From Promethearchaeota archaeon (GTDB lineage: Archaea > Asgardarchaeota > Hermodarchaeia > Hermodarchaeales > Hermodarchaeaceae), in NCBI GenBank assembly GCA_048938295.1, contig JBHLMI010000001.1, forward strand, positions 59,449 to 91,448: a stretch of 32,000 bases of DNA, read 5' to 3'. The notes under the pieces were generated by a model. The model ran no database searches. It had not been told where the DNA came from and was given only the letters and a program-made list of their open reading frames with translations. The stretch's first letter is position 1, and every line of letters begins with the position of its first letter. A program made the translations under genes and the position numbers. Shown in pieces: positions 9,480 through 18,122 of the stretch.

Positions 9480-10760
9480 ATGTCTTTTCTCAAGGGCATC
9501 CTCAGTGGAGATCCAGCGAAATCGGCTGCAAAACATGAAAAACGGGCAAGAACCCATCAGGCAGATGGAAACGAAGTCAAAGCCGCCGATGAATGGGCCG
9601 CCGCTGGACGCGCCTATACAAAAATCCCTGATTACCAAAAAGCCTATGACGCTTTTCTTCAAGCGGCTCAATTCTATCTGGCTCTCAAAGATGATAAACG
9701 CGAAACAGACATTCTTTTTGAAGCAGTTGATGTTGCCGTCACAAACCAAGATTTCAATTCCGCTTCATCTGCGCTAACCCAAGTTACACGCATATGTGCA
9801 CGAAAGAAAAATGATGAGCTTCTCATCCGGACTTACGCACTACAAACGATCCTATTCTTAGCGGCAAATGATCTCGCCAGGGCGAAGCAAACCTATCGCG
9901 AAGCTGAGAAAGTTAAAAAACACTTTGGACGAAAAAAGGTTAAAACACCTGTTTATCCTCTCGCTTCCCTCCTTGTTACCCGTTTCATCGAAGGGGAAGC
10001 TGCTCCAGAGAATGTACAACTGCCTTCACGTTTTGATGAATCAGAAACAGTAACCCAACTGCTTACTACCCTTCTAGCACTTTATCAAAGCATCCAGTCT
10101 TCTCAACCCAAATTATCGCTAGAGAAGCAAGAAGTTAAAATCAAAGAACCAGTTTCTGGACAAGTGACGATCAGTTTTCCCGATGCTACCAAAATTCTTG
10201 ATACCCAGATCTCACTCCCTTCAAATATTGCTCTTCTCGAACCTATATCTTCTCCCGAAGAACCCATGAAGCGGTTTAAAATACCCCTCTTAATGGAAGC
10301 GCGTTTACCAGGAACATTTGATGTCGGACCGCTAGTCTTCTTGTTCCAAAAAGATATGCAACAATTTCATCTGAAATCAAATTCTGTGCAATTAGAAATC
10401 ATGGCAGCTAAACCCCGAATTGAACTTTCTGCTGAGCCTGTGGCCCCTCCCCATTCACAGGAGGAATTCGAATTAACTGTGCGGGTTGAAAACAGCAGTC
10501 ACGGGGATGCCGCCGATGTGACGGTTACTGTAACGTTACCTCCCGAGCTTCTCTTAAAGACTGGAACCCTCGAAAAACGGATTATCACATTACTTGCTCA
10601 ACAGCAGGTACAATTCCCACTTTTCCTGATTGGCACAAAAGCTGGACGCCATGATGGCGTAATCGTCTGTAAATATCAAGGACCAGGCGGGCATTTCCAG
10701 AGTATCGAGAGTAAATTCTCAGTGGAAATCTTACCCCGTGTTCGAAAGGAAAAAGATTAA
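9480..10760 (+). CDS. Cytoplasmic protein: alpha-SNAP/TPR-like helical N-domain plus two Ig-like beta-sandwich domains
   Basis: Ala-rich helical repeats (AADEWAAAGRAY...AFLQAAQFYLAL), then beta-strand-rich domains including FELTVRVENSSHGDAADVTVTVTLP. No signal peptide or TM segment seen. Confidence 0.6.
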   Translation: MSFLKGILSGDPAKSAAKHEKRARTHQADGNEVKAADEWAAAGRAYTKIPDYQKAYDAFLQAAQFYLALKDDKRETDILFEAVDVAVTNQDFNSASSALTQVTRICARKKNDELLIRTYALQTILFLAANDLARAKQTYREAEKVKKHFGRKKVKTPVYPLASLLVTRFIEGEAAPENVQLPSRFDESETVTQLLTTLLALYQSIQSSQPKLSLEKQEVKIKEPVSGQVTISFPDATKILDTQISLPSNIALLEPISSPEEPMKRFKIPLLMEARLPGTFDVGPLVFLFQKDMQQFHLKSNSVQLEIMAAKPRIELSAEPVAPPHSQEEFELTVRVENSSHGDAADVTVTVTLPPELLLKTGTLEKRIITLLAQQQVQFPLFLIGTKAGRHDGVIVCKYQGPGGHFQSIESKFSVEILPRVRKEKD

Positions 10761-10805
10761 TGAATTGGCTTTGATGCAGTCAACTATGAATAGGGGTTGA
10801 AATCG

Positions 10806-12104
10806 ATGCGTGCGCTCCTTTTAGCAGGTAGTGAAAGCAGACGCATGTGGCCACTTGTTGGAACTTTTCCTAAACCACTGCTCGATATTGGTGGTAAACC
10901 AATCATCCAGTGGATGATTGAAGATATGCGAGCTGCAGGTATCCGTGATATCGTGGTTTCAATCGGATATCAAGGAGATCAAATTCGTGATTTTCTTGGA
11001 CGTGGCCACAGTCTAGATGTAAAAATTGATTATGTGGTCCAGAAAACACCCAAGAGCATCGCGGATTCCATTCTTGTCGCCCAAGAGGAGCTGCAAAGTG
11101 AAGATGCTTTCATCATCGCCAATGCTGACATCCTTGGAGAACCCATGATGTTTCGACGAGCACAGCGCCATTTCAAGGATCTCAACGCAGAAGCCGTCAT
11201 CAGCCTCACCTTAACCAATACCCCTCAATTTTATGGCATCGCTGAAATTGATGAAAGAGCTCGAATCAAGCGGTTAGTGGAAAAACCCAAACCCACAGAA
11301 ATCCAAAGCCGATATGCTGTTGCGGGTATCTATGTAGTCCAACCGACCATTTTCGACATCCTTGAGACGACCAAAGATCTACCTAATGCCTTTCAAAAAC
11401 TCATTGATAACAAAAAAGATGTTTATGGATCCGTCTGGGAACGTGACTGGGTAGAAATCTCGTACCCCTGGGATTTGATTCGGGCAAACCGATTCATCCT
11501 CGACAAGGTGCTGACTGGGAAGGGGTCCTTTATAGCAAGATCCGCTGACATTCAACAACCCAGTCGAATCGAAGGCTCTGTGCATATCTCTGATGGTGTT
11601 GTTGTCCGGCCCCATACGACGATTCGAGGACCGACATATATTGGTCCAAACACCTACATTGGCAATAATGTCTTAGTTCGCGAATACACAGCTTTAGGTT
11701 CCAATGTTTTAGTCGGATTTGGTGTAGAAATCAAAGAAAGCCTCATTTATGATGAAGCAAAAATCGGTCGCTTATGTTTTGTAGGTGACAGCATCGTGGG
11801 TCGCAATGTGGACATCGGTGCAGGCGCTCAACTAGTGAACAGACCAGTTGCTGGAGAAACTATCACTTCTATCATCCAGGGAGAACGTGTTACTGTACCC
11901 CGCGTCAAGTACGGTGCGGTTATCGGCGATAACGTCGTCCTCAGTCCCAACGTGTCGGTGTACCCTGGAGTAAAGATTGGTACTAATTCCATCGTGCTTC
12001 CTGGCACTATCCTTTCCGAAGATGTACCTGCTGATACTGAAGCTAAAACCGCTCACCAAGTCGCATTCCGTCAACTCGGTCCCAGAAAAGAGAAAAAGAC
12101 TTAA
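10806..12104 (+). CDS. GlmU-like sugar-phosphate nucleotidyltransferase domain plus left-handed beta-helix, with degenerate catalytic motifs
   Basis: PKPLLDIGGKP, YGIAEID...LVEKP, AVAGIY, hexapeptide repeats (GPTYIGPNTYIG) and KYGAVIGD. Signature reads LAGSESRR instead of LAAGxGTR. Confidence 0.8.
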   Translation: MRALLLAGSESRRMWPLVGTFPKPLLDIGGKPIIQWMIEDMRAAGIRDIVVSIGYQGDQIRDFLGRGHSLDVKIDYVVQKTPKSIADSILVAQEELQSEDAFIIANADILGEPMMFRRAQRHFKDLNAEAVISLTLTNTPQFYGIAEIDERARIKRLVEKPKPTEIQSRYAVAGIYVVQPTIFDILETTKDLPNAFQKLIDNKKDVYGSVWERDWVEISYPWDLIRANRFILDKVLTGKGSFIARSADIQQPSRIEGSVHISDGVVVRPHTTIRGPTYIGPNTYIGNNVLVREYTALGSNVLVGFGVEIKESLIYDEAKIGRLCFVGDSIVGRNVDIGAGAQLVNRPVAGETITSIIQGERVTVPRVKYGAVIGDNVVLSPNVSVYPGVKIGTNSIVLPGTILSEDVPADTEAKTAHQVAFRQLGPRKEKKT

Positions 12105-12141
12105 AGCCTCCTAAGTTGTCCGTGAGAATCGGTGACTTGGA

Positions 12142-12372
12142 GTGGCTGTCGTACTTGCCTACGTCCTTATCCTAGCTCAATCCGGGCGTGAATATGAGAT
12201 TATCGAGAGTTTGAAAGAATTCAAGCAAGTCAAGGACGCCCGAACCACTCTTGGATCATGGGATATCATTGTCTCCGTTGAATCGGAATCAATTCCCGAT
12301 CTTTATGTCCTTGTCGATCGCATCCGTGCTCTCCGACATGTTGAGCGCACCTCCACACTCATTACGAGATAA
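12142..12372 (+). CDS. Stand-alone Lrp/AsnC ligand-binding (RAM) domain protein
   Basis: AYVLI...G.E.EI.E.LK....V......LGSWDIIV.VE......L......IRAL..V..TSTLI; GGTGA RBS before the GTG start; no HTH. Confidence 0.85.
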   Translation: MAVVLAYVLILAQSGREYEIIESLKEFKQVKDARTTLGSWDIIVSVESESIPDLYVLVDRIRALRHVERTSTLITR

Positions 12373-12571
12373 TCATTTTTTCTTAACACTTACCGCCTTG
12401 TATTAAAGCTCCTTTCCTGAGAAGATTATTGTAGAAATGGTAATTGCATTAACAGTGATGGCAACAAAGCAAGTGACTGCCATAAACACATTACTAAATC
12501 CTAGCCCACCGTCTGTAAAGTCTTTTTAAACACCTTCTTACACGACCAGCGTTTTAGACTTTCAATGCAAG

Positions 12572-13414
12572 TTAGGGGCGTTTGATCTTGGAGATGAGGC
12601 CGGTGCGGATGATGACGATTATAATACATAGAATCACAAGTCCCAGAACCACGACAAATATGATTGTTGAAGCCATTGATGGTGGGATGATATCAACGCT
12701 ATTACTGACCACAATATTGTCAATCGAGGAGTTCCCCTGAAAAGATACAAAGTTGAATTTCTCGGAAGAAGTGATTTCATTATCCGCGACTTGGAGAACT
12801 AGTTGCGAATCGAAATAAACGTGAAACTGTCCTGTCAAATCTCGTGAAATATCTATATGATGTAACCCGCTTGGCCTGGTAGTGAAATTGTATCTAGCTA
12901 GTTTTATACCCTCATTTCCGTTGAGCTTTTCTATGTACATTTCATTATTTTGGACTGTGTCTAATATTAGCGTATAACCAGTCATATGATATCCTGTAAA
13001 TGGTCCAGTCAAATTGTAATCGCCTTCTAGGTCTGTAAACATTATCTCCACTGAATCATAGGTATCTTGACTCTTGCTTACGGTCCAGTCAAAGCTCCAA
13101 GTGCCATAAACCACGTTGCTATTATGGAGCGCTCGTCTTGGCTGGGACAAATATATGGCCCATGGAACATTTACATTTTCAGCAGTCAGTGCTCCATTCT
13201 CAATAGTGAACCCATGATCAATTTCGTAATAATGGTTGGCAATTAGTTCATAGCCTTGAAGAACCCAGTCATCTAGCTCCTCAATATTAGAAATTTCGAA
13301 ATCTTCGTTCCAAACAAGTGCTGCTGAAATCGGCGTGGGACCAAGAAAAGATAAGATTAAGATTACTAATGAAAAGGCAACTATTAATCTAAACCAGCCG
13401 AATCTAGTAAACAT
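12572..13414 (-). CDS. Secreted, C-terminally membrane-anchored beta-sandwich (ConA/LamG-like) protein
   Basis: N-terminal signal peptide; WNEDF..., YGTWSFDW, HHIDISRD..GQFHVYFD, SIDNIVVS; C-terminal hydrophobic helix followed by a basic tail. Confidence 0.65.
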   Translation of the reverse strand: MFTRFGWFRLIVAFSLVILILSFLGPTPISAALVWNEDFEISNIEELDDWVLQGYELIANHYYEIDHGFTIENGALTAENVNVPWAIYLSQPRRALHNSNVVYGTWSFDWTVSKSQDTYDSVEIMFTDLEGDYNLTGPFTGYHMTGYTLILDTVQNNEMYIEKLNGNEGIKLARYNFTTRPSGLHHIDISRDLTGQFHVYFDSQLVLQVADNEITSSEKFNFVSFQGNSSIDNIVVSNSVDIIPPSMASTIIFVVVLGLVILCIIIVIIRTGLISKIKRP

Positions 13415-13678
13415 AGGTTCACTCTCTTTTCATTTAAGTTGGACACTACGAATTCTTTCCTCTCCCTTTGACCTTTTCACCTTTAAAATTCTTTACAACT
13501 TTAGTATGACGGCAAGTTGTAATAGTGTTGAGGGTTTGTCTTTCTCATTACGAGATAATTGATACTCTTCAGTTCTTCTTCCCATAACCACCCATTTTTT
13601 ATCCTCACAATCATCAGAAACTATAATTCCAACTGACACGAGCCACACTACCTTAATCCTTAAGCAAGGGTGAACTGA

Positions 13679-14713
13679 GTGCCAGATGCATCCCAAATCC
13701 CAAAAATCGACAACCTAGAAGAACGTGCGGGGGATGCGAAATTCTTCTTAACCTTGGGTAGTGGTTCATTCATTCTTTTGGGTATACTTCTTCTCCTCCC
13801 CTACTTTCTCAATTACTTCGGGTTACTGCTCTTTAATCAGAATATTACGCTTGCCTCGCTCATTGCTGGCCTGGGTTATTTACTCCCCGGAATTGTCCTC
13901 TTCATCTGGGGATTGGGTAAGGTCTTTCATGGTAAGGATTTGACTTTCAGTCAAGTCTGGAAAGCTCGCATCCAAATTGATGACGTGAAGCGAACCCTGC
14001 GCTTCCTCGTTTTCGTCACTTTCTTCGTCATCTTATTGGTTGTACCTGTACTCATCGGTTTATCAGTCCTCGATATCATGAACAGCATTATCAACTGGGC
14101 CCTAGCTATCTTTGGGCCACTTGGTCTGTATATCGGCGTATTCATTGTCAGCCTCTTTGGCAATTTCACTGTAATTTTTCCCATCCCCTATCTGTTCATA
14201 ATCCTCCTCATTGCCCTTCAACCAGGGTTCACGCTTCTCGACGGATTACTCCTTGGCCTCGTCGCAGGAGCAGGTGCTGCCATTGGAGAAACCGTTGCCT
14301 GGCTGCTGGGACGCACTCAAAGCGAATCCCTGGAAGGTTCACCCACAGGGCAACAAATCCTCAAACTTCGCAGTCAAATCGGACGAGGCTATGGCGGGCT
14401 TCTAATTTTCTTCTACGCTGCAACACCTCTGCCTGATGACATTCTCCTCATTGCATTAGGAGCGACGAAATACCCGTTGTGGAAAGCCCTTCTTTTCTGC
14501 TTCTTTGGAAAAGTCGCATTAGCACTGATTATCACTTTGGGGGCACAACTCCCCTTTCTCCAACCCATTCTCATACAAATCTTCGGTGGAGGTTCAGATC
14601 CCATTATGGACACGTTCTACCTGATCATCGGTATCGCATTAATTGGGCTCTTTTTCATTCCCTGGGGAAAATTACTCGAGAAGTTACAACGAAATTCAAA
14701 CAAGTTGGAATAA
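13679..14713 (+). CDS. DedA/VTT-domain membrane protein with N-terminal extra TM helices
   Basis: GAGAAIGETVAWLLGR, ATPLPDD...IALG..KYPLWK..LFCFFGK; many TM segments. Confidence 0.8.
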   Translation: MPDASQIPKIDNLEERAGDAKFFLTLGSGSFILLGILLLLPYFLNYFGLLLFNQNITLASLIAGLGYLLPGIVLFIWGLGKVFHGKDLTFSQVWKARIQIDDVKRTLRFLVFVTFFVILLVVPVLIGLSVLDIMNSIINWALAIFGPLGLYIGVFIVSLFGNFTVIFPIPYLFIILLIALQPGFTLLDGLLLGLVAGAGAAIGETVAWLLGRTQSESLEGSPTGQQILKLRSQIGRGYGGLLIFFYAATPLPDDILLIALGATKYPLWKALLFCFFGKVALALIITLGAQLPFLQPILIQIFGGGSDPIMDTFYLIIGIALIGLFFIPWGKLLEKLQRNSNKLE

Positions 14714-15361
14714 AAAAACTTGTTCTAGCAGTCCGAGGATGCGTCCTTTTCCAAGAATTCGAATTCTGTAACCAGTCTGTTTCATAATTGAGATAATATA
14801 TAGAATAGAAGTGGCAGAGCTCAATAAAATCTGAATCTGACCATTATTTGCCAACATTTGTCGAGCGCCTTTTAGAAACCGACTAAGTAGTTCAAAATTG
14901 GAACCTGCACACCACGCCCTAGCGATCCAACTTGTTGCATCGACCCGTAAATAAGGGGGGTTAAACAAGATAATGTCGAAAGTTTCACCTTCCACGGGGG
15001 CAAACAAGTCACCCTGAAGAACGCGGACGTATTCTTCTACTCCATTTAACCGGAGTGTCGCTTTTGCACATTTAACTGCATACGGGCTGATATCAGTGGC
15101 AGTTACTGACGGAGAAATTTGAGCTGCTGCAGCTGCTATCGCACCTGATCCAGTTCCTAGCTCTAGAACCCGACTTCCCGACTTAATCTGCATATGCTGA
15201 ATAAAGAAGTGGGTAGTACGTCCTGTGACTGGATTAAAAACCTGAGGGCATATCTGAATTTGTAAACCATCCATGGTGATGACGCGATTCAGTCGTATTC
15301 GTCGGTGTAGCAGCTCCAATACCCATCGGACGAAGCGTGGATATTGGGAACGAGCCAGCAT
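14696..15361 (-). CDS. HemK/PrmC-like class I SAM-dependent methyltransferase
   Basis: VLELGTGSGAIA, DISPYAV, GDLFAP and DIILFNPPY; 3' end overlaps the VTT gene by 18 bp. Confidence 0.85.
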   Translation of the reverse strand: MLARSQYPRFVRWVLELLHRRIRLNRVITMDGLQIQICPQVFNPVTGRTTHFFIQHMQIKSGSRVLELGTGSGAIAAAAAQISPSVTATDISPYAVKCAKATLRLNGVEEYVRVLQGDLFAPVEGETFDIILFNPPYLRVDATSWIARAWCAGSNFELLSRFLKGARQMLANNGQIQILLSSATSILYIISIMKQTGYRIRILGKGRILGLLEQVFLFQLV

Positions 15362-15363
15362 AG

Positions 15364-15380
15364 ATGCACCTTACTCCTTC
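15364..15380. repeat. 17-bp exact dispersed repeat, copy 1 (RBS region of the hemK-like gene)
   Basis: ATGCACCTTACTCCTTC, identical to 27310-27326. Confidence 0.6.
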
Positions 15381-15430
15381 CTTTGCGGTTGATTCATCTA
15401 TTTGTTTAGTTTTCCCCTAAAACTACTAGG

Positions 15431-15478
15431 AACGGAACCGTTACCCCACAAGGTTTTAAACCAGTCACGTTAACGTGA
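15431..15478 (+). promoter_or_regulatory. Promoter of the Pro-rich gene: TATA flanked by palindromes
   Basis: AACGG-AA-CCGTT (15431-15442), TTTTAAA (15454-15460) and the perfect palindrome TCACGTTAACGTGA (15465-15478), just upstream of ATG 15491. Confidence 0.55.
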
Positions 15479-15490
15479 ACCTGATTCAGC

Positions 15491-15955
15491 ATGGCACTCG
15501 GCGGATTCGATTTTTTAGCAGCGGAAAAAGATACTACAAAAAAAATCGAGGAACTCGCCAATGTCCTCGAAAGGGTGGCAACGATTTTTCTTAACGGCGT
15601 TGGCTCGCTCGAAAACCAGATGAACGAATTTCGTACCCGGCTAGCGAAACTCGAAACCCAAGTCGATACAGTTCTCCGCATGGGTGGACCAAAGGGCGCT
15701 CCAACTCCCTCATCAACCGCTGCCCCCCAAACGCCACCACTCACGGCATCATCTAGCCCTGGCATGCCCCCGTCTCCCACAACATCAGGAACTTCACCCG
15801 GGTTAGCTGCTCCAACACCCCCCACTCCAACATCACCCTTAGGTGCTGCTGCTTCAGGCGGTCTTGGCATCCGTGCTCAAATGCAAGGCGAATTACAATC
15901 TTTCTTAGACCGTCGCCGGGCAGCACTTGAAACAATGATGGAAAACGAAGAATAG
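15491..15955 (+). CDS. Coiled-coil + Pro/Ser/Thr-rich linker + C-terminal amphipathic basic helix protein
   Basis: Heptad-like IEELANVLERV...LENQMNEFRTRLAKLETQV, Pro-rich aa ~66-117, and C-terminal RAQMQGELQSFLDRRRAA; own TATA element. Confidence 0.7.
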   Translation: MALGGFDFLAAEKDTTKKIEELANVLERVATIFLNGVGSLENQMNEFRTRLAKLETQVDTVLRMGGPKGAPTPSSTAAPQTPPLTASSSPGMPPSPTTSGTSPGLAAPTPPTPTSPLGAAASGGLGIRAQMQGELQSFLDRRRAALETMMENEE

Positions 15956-15964
15956 TAGGATTCC

Positions 15965-16603
15965 CTACTCGTTAAAGTATCTGGTTAAATCCTGTTGGCT
16001 CTGTAAAGGTTTGTGTTCGACACCTTGTTCCAAAAGGCGTTTCAGAATCCGCATATCGGCTTCCATTTCAGAAACCAGATTTTGATTGTATAGACCCGCT
16101 GCAGGGTGAAACATCACGAAATATGTTCGTCCAAGCCGTTCGATGGTTTTTCCATGCATCGTCCCCATTCGGAGATTGGTCTCCAGGATTGTTTCTGCTG
16201 GTACTCGACCTACTAATGCGATGACTTTGGGTTGGATCAGCTCCAGCTGTCGCAGTAAATACGGGTAACATGCCTCTCGTTCATCAGTGAGGGGCTGTCG
16301 ATTTTCTGGGGGACGACACTTCACGGTATTCGTTATGAAGACGGTTTCCCGTTTGATGCCAGCGCTTTCGAGCATCTTGGTAAGTAATTGGCCAGCGGCG
16401 CCAACAAATGGCTCGCCTTGCAAATCCTCCTGTCGACCAGGTGCTTCGCCGATTATTACTAATTTAGTATTTTGGGGTCCGACGCCGGGGACTGCTTGAG
16501 TTCGAGATTCAGCAAGCCTGCACTTCGTACACCCAAGGATTTCTTTTTGCAACTCATTCCATTGGGTTGATGACATGGCTGACCACTTGCCTGGTACTGA
16601 CAC
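15965..16603 (-). CDS. udg: Family 4 uracil-DNA glycosylase (4Fe-4S)
   Basis: CTKCRL, IIGEAPG..ED..GEPFVG.AG, NTVKCRPPENR.P, CYPYL and FHPAA. Start may be ATG 16576. Confidence 0.92.
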   Translation of the reverse strand: MSVPGKWSAMSSTQWNELQKEILGCTKCRLAESRTQAVPGVGPQNTKLVIIGEAPGRQEDLQGEPFVGAAGQLLTKMLESAGIKRETVFITNTVKCRPPENRQPLTDEREACYPYLLRQLELIQPKVIALVGRVPAETILETNLRMGTMHGKTIERLGRTYFVMFHPAAGLYNQNLVSEMEADMRILKRLLEQGVEHKPLQSQQDLTRYFNE

Positions 16604-16631
16604 CTATGAAGTGAGGATATTCCTCTTAATG

Positions 16632-17477
16632 TTATTCGCTCGTAATTGCTGCACGTACCCGTTGGCGTTTCCGTAGTGCATAGAAGAGCACTAGGACAAG
16701 AAAGATTACCACAGGTAGGACAACAGCTAGGAGTTTGTTAAAAAGTGCCATATCCACAGGAACAATAACAACTTCAGTGTCGATCATTTCGTCAAAATAA
16801 AACATCGAAACGTTTGCAGTGAACATGCCAAAGTCATAGATGTGGGAGACATTGGACATTAATGGAATGGCTACAGTATTTAATCCGGGGGCAAGGTCGA
16901 CTTCTTCTGAAGCATTGATGAATTTTGGTCCAAAGACATCAAGTCTTACCGACCTAGTTCGATCGACGTGGTTTTCGATTGCAACTAGCAGCAGTCCGGC
17001 TTGATCTTGAGAAAAGACGTTTCCAGGCACAATGGAGTGGATACTTGCAACAGGAAGCACAGTGATTTGGTACTGAGCAAATAGGAACGAATACTCGCCA
17101 ACATTAACCTCAAAGGTGACCGTGTGAGGTCCGAGGGTTGCCGTTTCGTTCACCGTGTAATCAACGATAACTGTCAATGTCTCTTCTGGACCAATGGTGA
17201 AGTTTACCAATTCACTAAGCGGGTCAACTAAACTCTGGCTTCGAATTTCGCCTGAAATATCCACAAACCGAGCAAACCCGTCGAATGAGATATTAAGTAG
17301 GTTATGGACGGTCGCATTCACTTGGCCTCTCTCCGCTTGATAAAGTTCAGTTGGTACGTTAACATCGCTGATTTGAATATTCGGTGTGGCTGCAGGAACG
17401 AAGCTTTGCAAACTCACAACTGAGGTCATGAACAATACGGCAATAAAGAGCGTACAAATGCGAAGTGACAGTTTCAC
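16632..17477 (-). CDS. Secreted, C-terminally anchored Ig-like/CARDB-type surface protein
   Basis: Signal peptide, beta-rich repeats (VNATVHN, VTFEVNVG, LLVAIEN), C-terminal TM helix and RKRQR tail. Confidence 0.65.
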   Translation of the reverse strand: MKLSLRICTLFIAVLFMTSVVSLQSFVPAATPNIQISDVNVPTELYQAERGQVNATVHNLLNISFDGFARFVDISGEIRSQSLVDPLSELVNFTIGPEETLTVIVDYTVNETATLGPHTVTFEVNVGEYSFLFAQYQITVLPVASIHSIVPGNVFSQDQAGLLLVAIENHVDRTRSVRLDVFGPKFINASEEVDLAPGLNTVAIPLMSNVSHIYDFGMFTANVSMFYFDEMIDTEVVIVPVDMALFNKLLAVVLPVVIFLVLVLFYALRKRQRVRAAITSE

Positions 17478-17660
17478 TAGTTGGCCACCTTGCTGTTACT
17501 AGTCTTGGAGTGCAGAGCCAATGTCTAATGCAGCTTTTAAAGTCTTTCTGACTGGGAAGGAATGTGCAGCTCCAATTTTTCTCGCCGACATAACCTCTGC
17601 GGTTATTTCAGCTTCAGTAATTCGATGGATTTAAATAGGACAGTATTACTGCTATGTGAA

Positions 17661-17672
17661 ACTATATATAGT
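17661..17672 (+). promoter_or_regulatory. Palindromic TATA-containing element upstream of padR (candidate promoter/operator)
   Basis: ACTATATATAGT is a perfect 12-bp palindrome ~30 bp upstream of ATG 17700. Confidence 0.55.
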
Positions 17673-17699
17673 GTAGCTATGTATTCGAGGCTAATCAAA

Positions 17700-18122
17700 A
17701 TGACCGAAACGCCCATCGACAGGACTCAAAATAAAATTCGTGAATGGACCCGTGAGATTAACCGAGGCATTCTTGAGTTCTGGGTACTCAACCTACTACG
17801 GCAGGAAAGCCTTTATGGAGCACGCATTAGTGCTCTTATCGAAAATATGTCGGCAGGGCATATTCAAATGGAACCAGGCACAATCTATCCTCTCCTCAAC
17901 CGTCTAGCAGAAAAAGGCTGGGTCGTAGGGGACATCAAAGTTCGCAGCGAAGGACGAGGACCCATGCGTCGATATTACAGGCTCACAAAGGATGGTGATC
18001 GCCTCCTCCAAGCGATGATTGATCATTACTTTGAAACCTATGAAGCGCTCTTCCAACTAATAGCCTCTGAGTTCCAATCGGTCCGTAAGCGCTTATCTGA
18101 ATTAATGGAGGAAACAGAATAA
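17700..18122 (+). CDS. PadR-family winged-helix transcriptional regulator
   Basis: RGILEFWVLNLL....LYG..I......EPGTIYPLLNRL...GWV......GPMRRYY.LT.DG. ATG 17700 preferred over 17562. Confidence 0.9.
   Translation: MTETPIDRTQNKIREWTREINRGILEFWVLNLLRQESLYGARISALIENMSAGHIQMEPGTIYPLLNRLAEKGWVVGDIKVRSEGRGPMRRYYRLTKDGDRLLQAMIDHYFETYEALFQLIASEFQSVRKRLSELMEETE

Noticed and set aside
13493-13696. 67-aa minus-strand ORF in the AT-rich gap
   Set aside because: No motif, overlaps the VTT start, and lies in a probable divergent promoter region.
15406-15870. 154-aa Gly/Val-rich minus-strand ORF
   Set aside because: Mirror of the Pro-rich gene; the plus strand has the promoter and the coiled-coil/helix structure.
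17562-17699. N-terminal extension of PadR in the ORF track
   Set aside because: It runs through the TATA palindrome; ATG 17700 gives a normal PadR length.
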